Source of the DNA: an uncultured virus (IMG/VR IMGVR_UViG_2853092212_000004)
Lineage: Duplodnaviria; Heunggongvirae; Uroviricota; Caudoviricetes
DNA length: 64,000 nt
Reading direction: 5' to 3' (one strand)
IMG/VR virus record: IMGVR_UViG_2853092212_000004
In this document: positions 10,048 through 20,668 of the stretch, piece after piece
Layout of the letters: every line of letters begins with the position of its first letter
Numbering within the stretch: position 1 is the stretch's first letter
The notes under the pieces: model-generated
What the model saw: only the letters and a program-made list of their open reading frames with translations
What the model was told of the DNA's origin: nothing
Database searches by the model: none
Program-made: the position numbers and the translations under genes

Positions 10048-10478
10048 ATTTTATATTTAATATAAAAGATTTATCTTTATATTATTTAATCAATATACAT
10101 TTATATTGTAATTTTAATTTATACTACAATTTATTATAATTATTAATTTAAATTCTATATTATTTTCTCCCCCCTCTTCCCCCTCATTTTAATTCTAAAT
10201 AAAATCTATTTTCCACTTTAACTAATAAATTGTTATTTAAATTTTTATTTTTAAATCATATTTATTTCCTATTAAATTTATTCCAGTATGATAAAAATAC
10301 CACATATTTTAGTTTTTTTACTATAATATATGCTTATAAAATCATTAAAAAAATCTATATCATATCAAACACCAATATAATCCAACAGTTTTTATGATCC
10401 GACTGATGAAAAAAAGTTAAAACTATGAAAATTAGTGATATAGTAAGAACCAAAGTTCCTACTATAGCACCTACTATC

Positions 10479-10622
10479 TTATTTAAAAAAGCTTTTAATA
10501 AAACTAATGTCTACATCATACTCTGATGATACCATATCTGTAACTTCACTTTCTTCAAATCCCTTTTTAATAAGCTCTAATATTAACATAACTATTTGCA
10601 CAATAGTTAGTATATCCTTCAT
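10479..10622 (-). CDS. Small protein, 47 aa, hydrophobic N-terminus (MKDILTIVQIVMLILELIKK...)
   Basis: Read manually; GGAGG SD; hairpin downstream. Confidence 0.6.
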   Translation of the reverse strand: MKDILTIVQIVMLILELIKKGFEESEVTDMVSSEYDVDISFIKSFFK

Positions 10623-10769
10623 ATTTATCTTCCTCCAAAATCTAAAATTTCATATAATTTACTCATTGATTTAATATTTATTCTCAAAATAAAAAGAACT
10701 CCTTTTTATTTTTAAAGAGTTCTTTTATTACAATATTGATTTATTAACTTAGTATTATTTAATTTTCGA

Positions 10770-11813
10770 TTAATGTCTTAAGAAATATTGTGCATTTTGG
10801 TTTTGTTCTTGCATTTCTTTTTGTTGTTTCTCCAATTTCTTTATTAACTCTTTCGCTTGATTAGTTTGATCCCAATTCGAATAATCTGGAATAGTTTGAG
10901 ATGGTATTTTCTCAAAAGTTCCGTCTTCAAATACTAATACAGCTCCTAGAGAATAGTCTCCAAAATAGTACCCTTTATTACCATCCTTAATCACTGGTGT
11001 TGAAGTTAATGTATATTCTTGTCCTAATTCTTCTGCCATTCTTTTCGCAATAGTTTCATTAAAATTCCCAATATTATTTTTTAATGTTTCGTCACTATTT
11101 AGTATTTCTATAGATGAGTCAGTATATGTTCCAGGTGCATATCTCTTATACGTTCCATCTTGAAATATCTCCATTACACCCTTATATAGATTTTCTGTTC
11201 GAGAAGATTGATTGCTATGATCATCTCTAAATAGTCTAAAAGCATATCCTTTTTTGCCATCTCTATTTATTTCAATTCCAGAACCTACATGTATACAAAA
11301 AATTTCATTCCCTTTTACTTGCCATAAACGATTTTCTGCATCTGATTCCGTAAATGGTTGATTTGCATTACTCACTTGAGTGTTACTGCTAGATTGTTGA
11401 GTATTACTTGTTTGATTATTAGTACTAAAATATCCTAGCCATACCCCATTACTATTAAATCTAGACATTTTACCATCTACAACAGTATTTTCAGTTACCA
11501 TTACTCCATCAGACTTTAAATAATACCAAGAACCTCCTTCTTGAATCCATCCTGTTTGCATTGCTCCACTTGGTGAAAAATGATACCATTTTCCATTGTT
11601 TAGCCATCCTGTTTTCATATATCCATTATTATCAAAGTAGTACCATGAACCTCCTATATTCTTCCACCCTCTTGAATAACTATTTCCTTCTGCAAACCAC
11701 CATCCATTATTGCTTTGTCTCCATTCAGCATGTGCTGCTACGGGTGCTACTGTTAAAATACTTGTTGTTATTAACCCAATTGCTATTATCTTTTTTAAGT
11801 TTATTTTTCTCAT
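10770..11813 (-). CDS. Secreted protein with choline/cell-wall-binding repeats and unknown C-terminal domain
   Basis: Signal peptide ..AAHA/EW, repeats WYYFDNNGYMKTGW. Confidence 0.9.
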   Translation of the reverse strand: MRKINLKKIIAIGLITTSILTVAPVAAHAEWRQSNNGWWFAEGNSYSRGWKNIGGSWYYFDNNGYMKTGWLNNGKWYHFSPSGAMQTGWIQEGGSWYYLKSDGVMVTENTVVDGKMSRFNSNGVWLGYFSTNNQTSNTQQSSSNTQVSNANQPFTESDAENRLWQVKGNEIFCIHVGSGIEINRDGKKGYAFRLFRDDHSNQSSRTENLYKGVMEIFQDGTYKRYAPGTYTDSSIEILNSDETLKNNIGNFNETIAKRMAEELGQEYTLTSTPVIKDGNKGYYFGDYSLGAVLVFEDGTFEKIPSQTIPDYSNWDQTNQAKELIKKLEKQQKEMQEQNQNAQYFLRH

Positions 11814-11917
11814 TACTATTATCCCTCCATAATATCTGTTTGTATTTCAAACACTTTACATAAAGTGAATTGATGATAACTTAATTATAATTTAGTAGCC
11901 TGTCCATATTTTGTCCT

Positions 11918-12124
11918 TTAGAAAAATTCCTTGATATCTATTTCTAATACTTTTGCTATCTTTTCTAATGTTTTTATCGCAGGTGATGACCTTCCTGTTT
12001 CAATATCAGATAGGAACGTATTTGACATATCAGCTAGTTTAGCAAGCTCATATTGTTTTAGATTCTTCTCAATTCTCTTTTTCTTTATTTTTTCACCTAT
12101 ATTACCCAATATTTCCACCTCCAT
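11918..12124 (-). CDS. XRE-family HTH regulator (Cro-like)
   Basis: LKQYELAK..FLSDIETGRSSP. Confidence 0.9.
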   Translation of the reverse strand: MEVEILGNIGEKIKKKRIEKNLKQYELAKLADMSNTFLSDIETGRSSPAIKTLEKIAKVLEIDIKEFF

Positions 12125-12134
12125 ATTTTTATTA

Positions 12135-12249
12135 TACGTTATTTAAGTAAAAATACAAGTATTTTTACGGTATTTACAACTAACACTATAATGATTTTAC
12201 AATCTCTTAGGTTTTGTTTATACTATACATATATACGTTATTTACGGAA
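12135..12249. promoter_or_regulatory. Three operator-like repeats TACG(T/G)TATTTA between divergent XRE genes
   Basis: Copies start at 12135, 12166, 12234. Confidence 0.6.
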
Positions 12250-12267
12250 TTTTTATAGGAGGCCATT

Positions 12268-12621
12268 ATGAGTTTAGTTGGTGATAAATTAAAGACTTGT
12301 AGAAAATCTAAGAAGCTTTCTCTAAAGCAATTATGCGAAAAGACTAATAATCAAATATCTGTATCTTTCTTATCTGATATTGAAAATGGTAGGAGTAATC
12401 CTTCATTAGAAAAGTTGAAGCTTATTGCAGGTGTTTTAGATATTCCAGTATCATATTTTCTTGAAGAATCTGAAAATAGCTTATACAATACTGCTAATAA
12501 TGACATTGAATTTATTCCTATACTTGAACTTCTAAATGACTTTAGCTCTTGGAGCATAGAAGATAAACAGGAACTTTTATATTACCTTAAAGCTAAAAAG
12601 ATTTTACGCAAAAATCTATAA
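12268..12621 (+). CDS. XRE-family HTH repressor
   Basis: FLSDIENGRSNPSLEKL; divergent from 11918..12124. Confidence 0.9.
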   Translation: MSLVGDKLKTCRKSKKLSLKQLCEKTNNQISVSFLSDIENGRSNPSLEKLKLIAGVLDIPVSYFLEESENSLYNTANNDIEFIPILELLNDFSSWSIEDKQELLYYLKAKKILRKNL

Positions 12622-12636
12622 CCACAAATTGCGTTT

Positions 12637-12939
12637 TTAGTATTCACTTGCCAATATCATTGTGCTATAGTCCACACTATCAATTACATATATTTTTATA
12701 TCATGTTCAATAGAAATAGCATCTTCTTGTAACTCGTATTGCTCTTTATATTCTGGAATCTCCTGCTCATGTTCCATTATCACCTTATTATTATTTTTCT
12801 TTAACCTAAAAATCTGTAGGTAATCCAATTCAATTTTAGGTTTTAATTCATCTATCATATTCCACATTAGAAGTTGAAGTCCTACTGGTATTAGTTCATT
12901 TGCTTGTCTACTTACATAACGATTTTCTTGCTTAAACAT
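12637..12939 (-). CDS. DUF960 family protein
   Basis: RYVSR..LQLLMW..LDYLQIF..QEIPEY..TMILASEY pattern. Confidence 0.8.
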   Translation of the reverse strand: MFKQENRYVSRQANELIPVGLQLLMWNMIDELKPKIELDYLQIFRLKKNNNKVIMEHEQEIPEYKEQYELQEDAISIEHDIKIYVIDSVDYSTMILASEY

Positions 12940-13011
12940 TATTCATCACTCTTCTTTCAATTTATTTTTGCATATTAAAAAAGGTTGCTTCTCTTATGAA
13001 AAGTAACCTTA

Positions 13012-13629
13012 TTAACAATCTATTTCTGCATACATATATTTTTCTCCATGTTCATTTTCTATTATAAATTTCGAATTAAAATCAAGAAGCTCTTCTACTT
13101 CAATCCCATTTACAAGTTCTCGAATAACTTGATCCTTGCTAGTCCCCTTCATCCAGTACTCTATAAGTGAATCCTTATCCAATAGCTTATCCACAAACCT
13201 TTCATATGATAGCATTGTTTCTAATTTTTCTCTTGCTAAATAGGTTAAGTCCGTATCTTTTTTATATATTATTACACCTTCTTTTACCTCTACATATCCC
13301 TCTGCCTCTACTTCTTCAATATGTCTTATTAATTCATTTATACTTATATTAGAATCAAAATGCTCCTTCATCCACAGATATGCTTCTATTTGAAACTTAT
13401 CAACAATGTTTTCCCCAATTTCTGTTGCTAGCTTCAATGTTTTATCAAAATCTTGTATCAGCTCTTCCTTAAATTTGCTATCTTCCATTCTTGATAATAG
13501 CTCTTCTACATATTCCAATTTCTCAGATTCTATATTGCTATATTTGTTTATTACAGCATTTATTTCATTCATCATGAACCTTTGTATTATTGGAGAAAAA
13601 TTATTATTTATAGTCATTTTTTTATACAT
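13012..13629 (-). CDS. Hypothetical acidic protein
   Basis: 205-aa ORF in operon. Confidence 0.7.
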   Translation of the reverse strand: MYKKMTINNNFSPIIQRFMMNEINAVINKYSNIESEKLEYVEELLSRMEDSKFKEELIQDFDKTLKLATEIGENIVDKFQIEAYLWMKEHFDSNISINELIRHIEEVEAEGYVEVKEGVIIYKKDTDLTYLAREKLETMLSYERFVDKLLDKDSLIEYWMKGTSKDQVIRELVNGIEVEELLDFNSKFIIENEHGEKYMYAEIDC

Positions 13630-13660
13630 CCCCTTTTCTATTTGTACTTATTTATTTTTT

Positions 13661-14131
13661 CTAGACTATGCCTCTTTCCTTTAGGCTACAATATGAATCA
13701 TTGCCTATAATTATATGGTCAATCAGCTTAATGCCTAATATAATCCCACTTTCTTTTATTCTTTCTGTAATAGATATATCTTCCTTTGAAGGTTCTGAAT
13801 CTCCTGAAGGATGATTGTGAAATAATATTATTGAAGCTGAATTGCTTAATATTGCTGGCTTAAAAACTTCACGAGGATGTACTATAGAAGTATTTAGACT
13901 ACCTACAGAAACTACATTTATTGCTGTGGGTTGATTTTTTGTATCTAAGCAGCACACTATAAGCTGCTCCCTATCTAAATCCTGTAAAAATCTCTTCCCT
14001 AATTCTGCACCATCTTTTGGACTATCTATTTTTCTTATATCATATAGAACACTTGCTTCTCTTACCATTTTTATTGAAACAATGCTAATTCTTTTAGCTG
14101 GAAGATTATCTTTTGATTTCATTAGTAACAA
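13661..14131 (-). CDS. radC: RadC/JAB-domain protein
   Basis: VHPREVFK, HNHPSGD..PS..D, DHIIIG. Confidence 0.92.
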   Translation of the reverse strand: MLLMKSKDNLPAKRISIVSIKMVREASVLYDIRKIDSPKDGAELGKRFLQDLDREQLIVCCLDTKNQPTAINVVSVGSLNTSIVHPREVFKPAILSNSASIILFHNHPSGDSEPSKEDISITERIKESGIILGIKLIDHIIIGNDSYCSLKERGIV

Positions 14132-14257
14132 CTCCTTTACTATCTTTAAAAGTTATTTTTCCACGATTAATAATTAATAGATATTTCAAATACTTCATTA
14201 TGCTATTTCCTCCTAAAAATAATAAAAACTTAATCACCCTCATTGGCAATTAAGCTT

Positions 14258-14578
14258 TTATATTTTATTCAATTTTTCTCTAAGTAAATTTACAAATTCC
14301 TCTGAAAGCACTTTTCCTTCAATCGCTTTACCAATTAATTCCAGGAGTTGCTTCTCTGTTAAATCTAAACTTCTTGGAATAAATTGACGTTCCATCTTAA
14401 AAGTATCCTTATATAATGCAAAACGTATTTCCTCTCTCATCTTCGATTTCACTTTAATTTTCTCAATACTACTATAATATTCGTCATCCATAATAGATAC
14501 AGCTTTATATACTTCACAATATTTAGTTTCCTTCACTATTTTTCTTTCTTCAATTATTTCTTTACTCTGCTTTGCCAT
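14258..14578 (-). CDS. Hypothetical protein
   Basis: 106-aa ORF in operon. Confidence 0.65.
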   Translation of the reverse strand: MAKQSKEIIEERKIVKETKYCEVYKAVSIMDDEYYSSIEKIKVKSKMREEIRFALYKDTFKMERQFIPRSLDLTEKQLLELIGKAIEGKVLSEEFVNLLREKLNKI

Positions 14579-14583
14579 ATTAA

Positions 14584-14937
14584 CTACAACACCTTTCCTA
14601 ATAATAATTCATGTAACTCTTTATTAGAATAAACAGTTACTGCATAATCTGAGGATAATAGAAAAAGTGATGCATAGTACTTAGTGCCATCATCACTTTT
14701 TATTTCATCTGTAAATTCTGGAATAATGTCCTTCAAAATCTCACTTTGAATTGATTTTACTTCCTCTTCATTATCAATTACTATAACATAACCACCTAGA
14801 TCTTCACATACATTTCTGGACTCGCCTCCATAATTCTCATTAAGTACTGTAATAACCTCTTCAATACTTTGTAACACCTCGCTTTCATATTTTGATTTTA
14901 GTTCTTCTAACTGCTCTAATTTCCATAACTTTTTCAT
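14584..14937 (-). CDS. Hypothetical protein
   Basis: 117-aa ORF with AGGAGG SD. Confidence 0.7.
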   Translation of the reverse strand: MKKLWKLEQLEELKSKYESEVLQSIEEVITVLNENYGGESRNVCEDLGGYVIVIDNEEEVKSIQSEILKDIIPEFTDEIKSDDGTKYYASLFLLSSDYAVTVYSNKELHELLLGKVL

Positions 14938-15070
14938 GATTAACTCCTCCTTTAAAATAGAAAAAGGAATACCTAAAGCGTTATATTGCCTTAAGTATTC
15001 CTTTTCTTTATTGCATCATTATAATATATATTTAATTTTACATTTGATCCAGTAAGTATATTTATGCTAT

Positions 15071-15505
15071 TTATAATTTTTTCACTTTTTCAATGTATTG
15101 TGGAAACACATCTGGATTGCTATTAACTGTATCTTTAAATGCTTCATTTAATTCATCTTCTAATCCTTCTGCTTCATATATTTCAGATCTATTCATTATA
15201 TAATCTATTTTTTCTTCATTATAATTTTCTTCAAAATTCCAATACAAATCAATAGTTTCATCTACCTTTATATCTGAAATACTTTCTAAACCATAACACT
15301 TTGGTAATATTACCTCAAAATCAAATTGTGTTAATGTTGATTCTGGAATAATATTATGATATTTATACTGAATATAAAATATCAAATCATTCATATCTTT
15401 GCTAGAAATATTACCTTTAATTATACATTTCTCATCTGCGTGTACATATTTGTGCATTATTTCATATACATAATTCTCTTTTGATTTTAGTTTACTATTC
15501 ATCAT
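15071..15505 (-). CDS. Hypothetical protein, paralog of 306..584
   Basis: Shared LIFYIQYKY motif. Confidence 0.7.
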   Translation of the reverse strand: MMNSKLKSKENYVYEIMHKYVHADEKCIIKGNISSKDMNDLIFYIQYKYHNIIPESTLTQFDFEVILPKCYGLESISDIKVDETIDLYWNFEENYNEEKIDYIMNRSEIYEAEGLEDELNEAFKDTVNSNPDVFPQYIEKVKKL

Positions 15506-15608
15506 ATCTACCTCTTGTAATCAAATTTATTTTATTACCTATTTGATTTATCGTATATTTATTCAACAAAATAATGAGTTGCAATTAAAATACTATAGCA
15601 TACTTGTT

Positions 15609-15854
15609 TTATATATTTATATTATTAAGAAGTTCCTTTAACTTTCTTAACTCTTCAATACTTAAAGTTACTCCTTTGCCCATCTTCTCATGTTCAGGTG
15701 CCCAATCTCTTAAATCATATTTCGCTTCTTTTCCATTCCAACTAATTAGATTTAATTCCTTAGACCATCCTTTTGGTGATTCTGAGATGGTTCCTATTTC
15801 TTTTTCTATTTCAAATTTAATCTCTGCCATTATTAAAACCTCCATACTTTTCAT
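15609..15854 (-). CDS. YdbC-family PC4-like ssDNA-binding protein
   Basis: KELNLISWNG..KYDLRDW..MGKGVTL. Confidence 0.9.
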   Translation of the reverse strand: MKSMEVLIMAEIKFEIEKEIGTISESPKGWSKELNLISWNGKEAKYDLRDWAPEHEKMGKGVTLSIEELRKLKELLNNINI

Positions 15855-15983
15855 TAATATTTATATAAGACACATTAAAATAAAAATTAAGATAATAAAG
15901 CAATAATATATATAGACAACTATATAACTAGATATCTATAAAAGAATATATCTAGTTATATATAAGCCTATCTACAATTAATA

Positions 15984-16067
15984 TTTTGTTACAGCATTTG
16001 TTACAAATTACGTTACCATTTTAGTCATATATATTGTTACTTTTTTATTTACATGATTTGTTACTAA
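15984..16067. repeat. Degenerate 7 x 12-bp tandem array (core TTGTTAC)
   Basis: Exact cores at 15986, 15998, 16034, 16058; degenerate at 16010, 16022, 16046. Confidence 0.6.
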
Positions 16068-16115
16068 TTATTAACAACTTCCATCTGAATATTTAATTCT
16101 AAATTTCAAGAAATT

Positions 16116-19082
16116 CTATATTCTAGGTTGTCCAGAATAAACATTTCCGTTTGTATTATAAGTAAGATTAAAAACCATATCTGATAACCACTTTTTGAAA
16201 GAATCATTGTCATTAAATTGTTTAAATACTTCCATATTATCTGACATTAAATTTACAATAGCCTTATTTAAGGCTTTATCACTTTCAATTTTAGCATTTT
16301 GTTTATCTGAATTTTTCATTGCATTTTGATAACCTTTATCTTTTGCTACTATTTCAGGTATATTTGCAAGATGTTTTTTAACTTGGTCTTCATCATTCCA
16401 AGGGATATTTCCAAAGAGATCATGGAAATTTGCTAATATATTACTTAATAAATCAAGTTCAGCTTCACCCTTTCCACCTACAGCTGAAGTTGGCACTGGA
16501 TCTATTTCATATTCTGCTTGATCTTCTAATATAATAGACATAGTAGCTTGAACTTCTGCTCTATAACTATCTAAATCTATAGCTTCTAGTATACCTTTTG
16601 ATAAGTCTTCTTCTTTAGGAGCTGGTAATTTAGGTATAAGCATATTTAAAAATATAGATAGCTTTTCCCATTCAACATTTCCATAAGGTAAAATCGAAGC
16701 TAAAAATCCATAAGTTCTTGTAAATGCTTTAGCTTTGCTTTTAAAATCTATTTGTCCATCTTCATCCAAGTCATCTTTATAATTTTGAGCGCATATATCA
16801 AGAATAGGATCAAGTTTATCTCTTTCCGCTCCATTTAAATAAAGTTCTACTAATGTTTCAACATGGTAATCTGTAAATATGTGATGATTCCTAATATCGC
16901 TTTCTAAATCATTGAGCTTATCAGGATCTGTTTCATCTGATAAAATTGTTGTTTGATAATACTTTGAAAAAGCTTCTTTAATTACTTCTGTATCATTAGC
17001 AAAATCTAAAACAAATGTGTCAAGTTTTTGTGGATGAGCTCTATTTAATCTTGATAATGTTTGTACAGCCTTAATATCAGTTAAAACCTTGTCCACATAC
17101 ATTGTATGAAGGAGTGGCTCATCATAACCTGTTTGAAATTTATTAGCAACCACCAAAATCCTATAGGGATCTTTTTTTAACTTTCTCTCAATTTCATTAC
17201 CTGGAAATCCATTAATGCTGCTTTCAGTTAATTTTTCTCCACCATATTCATATTCCCCTGAAAAAGCAATAATAGCTTTATATGGACTTTTTCTCTTTTT
17301 TAGATATTCTGTTATGGAATAATAGTATTCAATAGCTCTTTCTATACTACTTGTAACCACCATAGCACGAGCCATTCCACCAACTTTTCCCTTTGCAATT
17401 ACTTGATCATGAAAGTGGTCAATCATAATTTCAGACTTTAACTCAATTGCTGTTTCATTTGATTCAACATATTTTCTTAACTTCTTTTGTGCTTTTTTCT
17501 TATCAAATAAAGGATCGTCTTCTATTGTTTTTGCAATTTTATAATAACTATTTATTGGGGTATAACTTTTAAGCACATCAAGGATAAATCCTTCTTGGAC
17601 AGCTTGTTTCATAGTATATACATGAAATGGTCTATGTTTTACTTTTCCCTCTGAAGGATATGGAACTCCAAACATCTCTAAAGTTTTGTTTTTAGGAGTA
17701 GCTGTAAATGCAAAATAACTTGCATTCGTAAGCATTTTTCGTCCTTCTAATATTTTAAGTATTTTATCTTCATTAGTTTCTTCTTCATCTTGATGATAAT
17801 TTTCTGATAACGCCATATTCATTTTAGCTGACATATCTCCACTTTGGCTTGAATGAGCTTCATCAATGATAATTGCAAAATTATTTTTTCTATGATCATT
17901 TCCAATATCATTAAGTATATATCCAAATTTGTGTACAGTCGTAATTATTATTTTCTTGCCTTGCTCTATAAGTTTTTTTAAATCACCTGATCCATCTGCA
18001 TGACCTACAGTGTTTGCTACCTGCATAAAACTTTTAATTGTATTTTTAATTTGCTTATCTAAATTAACTCTATCTGTTACTACAATTATAGACTCAAATA
18101 AGTTTTTTCCATCTATTTCAATTGCAACAAGTTGGTGTGCAAGCCAAGCTATAGAGTTTGACTTGCCACTACCTGCACTATGTTGAATTAAATACTTTTG
18201 TCCAGCACCATTTTCTTCTACATGATTTAAAATAGATTTAACTGCTGCTAATTGATGAAATCTAGGAAATACTTGCTTTCTATTTTTCTTCTTAGTTTCT
18301 TCATCTACTTCTTCAACTATTTGAGCATAATTTTCTATAATATTTGAAAGCTCTTCTTTCCTCAGAATTTGTTTCCATAGATAGTCTGTTTTTAATCCAT
18401 CTGGATTAGGTGGATTACCAGCGCCATCATTATATCCCTTATTGAATGGTAAGAACCAAGATTTCTTACCATCCAATTTAGTACACATTTTTATTTCATT
18501 ATCATCAACTGCAAAATGAACCATACATCTACCGAAATTAAATAACAATTCTCTAGGATCACGATCTGTTTTATATTGATAAACAGCATCTTCAACATTT
18601 TGTTTGGTTAGTCTATTCTTAAGTTCAGATGTTATAATAGGCAAACCATTTATAAATATGGCAAAATCTAATGCAAGTCTGGTATTATCTCTTGAATACA
18701 TAAGTTGCCTTGTTACGCTAAAAATATTTTTATCATAAAGTTCTTTTGCATCCGGATTTTTCTCAGATGGCAGACCATAATATAAATCTAAAGTAACTGG
18801 ATATACTTTAAGACCATTCCTAAGCGCATCAATAATTCCGCTTTTTGTTATCTCGCCCTGTAATCTATTTAAAAATTTAACTCTATTTATATCACTATTA
18901 AAAACACCTAATTTCTCAAGTTTTTCTGGCTGAGTATCCTTTAAAAATCTAAATAATCTAGTTTCATCAATTGCATATTCTTTGTTATAATCACTATTTT
19001 GACCTTGCTCATAACCATTGGTATTATAAAGATAATCTACTATAAGACTTTCTAAACCTACTTCCTTAGTATTAGTTTGCAT
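16116..19082 (-). CDS. hsdR: Type I restriction subunit R
   Basis: D..ELK nuclease motif, HSAGSGKS, DEAH, FTATP, TGYD, QTLSRLNR. Confidence 0.95.
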   Translation of the reverse strand: MQTNTKEVGLESLIVDYLYNTNGYEQGQNSDYNKEYAIDETRLFRFLKDTQPEKLEKLGVFNSDINRVKFLNRLQGEITKSGIIDALRNGLKVYPVTLDLYYGLPSEKNPDAKELYDKNIFSVTRQLMYSRDNTRLALDFAIFINGLPIITSELKNRLTKQNVEDAVYQYKTDRDPRELLFNFGRCMVHFAVDDNEIKMCTKLDGKKSWFLPFNKGYNDGAGNPPNPDGLKTDYLWKQILRKEELSNIIENYAQIVEEVDEETKKKNRKQVFPRFHQLAAVKSILNHVEENGAGQKYLIQHSAGSGKSNSIAWLAHQLVAIEIDGKNLFESIIVVTDRVNLDKQIKNTIKSFMQVANTVGHADGSGDLKKLIEQGKKIIITTVHKFGYILNDIGNDHRKNNFAIIIDEAHSSQSGDMSAKMNMALSENYHQDEEETNEDKILKILEGRKMLTNASYFAFTATPKNKTLEMFGVPYPSEGKVKHRPFHVYTMKQAVQEGFILDVLKSYTPINSYYKIAKTIEDDPLFDKKKAQKKLRKYVESNETAIELKSEIMIDHFHDQVIAKGKVGGMARAMVVTSSIERAIEYYYSITEYLKKRKSPYKAIIAFSGEYEYGGEKLTESSINGFPGNEIERKLKKDPYRILVVANKFQTGYDEPLLHTMYVDKVLTDIKAVQTLSRLNRAHPQKLDTFVLDFANDTEVIKEAFSKYYQTTILSDETDPDKLNDLESDIRNHHIFTDYHVETLVELYLNGAERDKLDPILDICAQNYKDDLDEDGQIDFKSKAKAFTRTYGFLASILPYGNVEWEKLSIFLNMLIPKLPAPKEEDLSKGILEAIDLDSYRAEVQATMSIILEDQAEYEIDPVPTSAVGGKGEAELDLLSNILANFHDLFGNIPWNDEDQVKKHLANIPEIVAKDKGYQNAMKNSDKQNAKIESDKALNKAIVNLMSDNMEVFKQFNDNDSFKKWLSDMVFNLTYNTNGNVYSGQPRI

Positions 19083-19279
19083 TATTCTCCACTCTCCTCT
19101 ATGTTTATATCCTCCTCACGCTCCATGATTTTATCTTCTGTTTCTTTAATCTTTGCATTTTTTTGATTTTACCTTACGTCATCAACGGTTATCAACTTTA
19201 ACAAAATGAAATAATGAAATCAAGATAATTTTGCAGACAGTGTCTGCAAAATCTTGAATTATATCTATAATCTGCACAA

Positions 19280-20668
19280 TTATTCATCATCAGTATCTAA
19301 AATTTCGTCCATTCCTGCTACTTCATCTTCTGTTTCATCAATATCTGTATCTTCTTCTATGATATCATCAATCTCAATGTGGCGTACATCCACTTTTCCT
19401 GTAACAACATCAGAAATTAGCCGAGCACAATATTCACTAATTAAATCAATTTCTTGTTGAATAGTATCTATTGCAAAATTAATTTTCTCATTTTTCGTCT
19501 TAATATAATTTATAATCTCAAGTTGCTCATTCTCTGGTGGATATGGCAATTTAGCACGCAAAAATACTTCCTTTGATATTATTTTTCTTAATCCAGTGTA
19601 CAACGGTTTTAATCCTTTTTTTTGATCTAGCGCTAGATAATAATAGTATACATATTCCCTGCATGTATCATTGACACTAAAAACAGTATATGCACCTGTA
19701 ATCATTCCATGTAAATCAGATAATCCAACAGTTCTAGGAGTTTCGTCCATATCAAAAAGACAGAATATCAAATCATTTATATTGACAACTTGATATGTAT
19801 TAAAATCTGTTGGGAATTTACCTTTACCACTCTCTATATCTCTTGCAATTATTCCTTTAGTTGTAAGTGATAACAGAGTATATTTATTGCTATTATCACC
19901 TACTATATCTTTTCGTAGTTTTAGTACACTTTTATTACGAACTACACTCCAATGTTCTGGAATATCTCCAATCCACTTAATTCCCGACGGTTTCATTTTC
20001 ACATTAGGATTAATCCCTTTAGTTACTGCTTCATTTATTACTGCTTGCTTTTGCTCTTTTAATACAGAGATAAGTTTTTTCTTTGCTTTTATAAACTTGT
20101 TTATTTTAACAATTTGAGAATCTAAATATTTTACTATTTGGACTTGCTCCTCTATTGGTGGTACAATCGATAATATTCTTTTAAACCTATCGAAATACAG
20201 TCTATTTCTTTCATACATAATTCCATATGAATTTTTATTGAATTCCGATTTATATAATGGTGTTCTGAATAAATAATGGTAATACCAAGAATTTATTTTA
20301 ACTTTAGGTCTACATACTGCATATGCAGGACTAATTATTCCCTCATATTTAGATGCTCCAATCCCCCCCATAAAGGCATTCATTAAATTATATCCTATAT
20401 CTCCAACACAAATTTTCTTATAAGTTTGATTATCTTCTGACATCCTAATTTTTCTTCCTGTAGAACTTTGTTTTACGATTCCTTTATCGCACATAATAGA
20501 TAGTAGCTCTAATTCTGGATGATTTGTGTCTACAATTTCTCTAAATAAAATTGAATTTCTAACTACTTTCCAATGAGAAGGTATATTTCCAATCCATTCT
20601 ACTCCACTATCTTTGTATTTATCATAAGGCCTAAGTTCATTGTCAATTCTCAATTCTTCATTATCCAT
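19280..20668 (-). CDS. hsdS: Type I specificity subunit S
   Basis: Two TRDs with IPSHW/IPEHW and PPIEEQ/PPENEQ; acidic tail. Confidence 0.93.
   Translation of the reverse strand: MDNEELRIDNELRPYDKYKDSGVEWIGNIPSHWKVVRNSILFREIVDTNHPELELLSIMCDKGIVKQSSTGRKIRMSEDNQTYKKICVGDIGYNLMNAFMGGIGASKYEGIISPAYAVCRPKVKINSWYYHYLFRTPLYKSEFNKNSYGIMYERNRLYFDRFKRILSIVPPIEEQVQIVKYLDSQIVKINKFIKAKKKLISVLKEQKQAVINEAVTKGINPNVKMKPSGIKWIGDIPEHWSVVRNKSVLKLRKDIVGDNSNKYTLLSLTTKGIIARDIESGKGKFPTDFNTYQVVNINDLIFCLFDMDETPRTVGLSDLHGMITGAYTVFSVNDTCREYVYYYYLALDQKKGLKPLYTGLRKIISKEVFLRAKLPYPPENEQLEIINYIKTKNEKINFAIDTIQQEIDLISEYCARLISDVVTGKVDVRHIEIDDIIEEDTDIDETEDEVAGMDEILDTDDE

Noticed and set aside
10403..10430. CTGATGA...GAAA hammerhead-like core
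   Set aside because: Stem II is weak and stems I/III cannot be formed convincingly; expected by chance in AT-rich DNA
13187..13195. Single TTATCCACA DnaA box
   Set aside because: Isolated and within coding sequence; chance occurrence likely
19083..19279. Possible gene between hsdS and hsdR
   Set aside because: Only broken frames and one hairpin; no supportable ORF
19280..20668. Phase-variable (invertible) hsdS locus
   Set aside because: Only one hsdS, with no flanking inverted repeats or adjacent invertase seen
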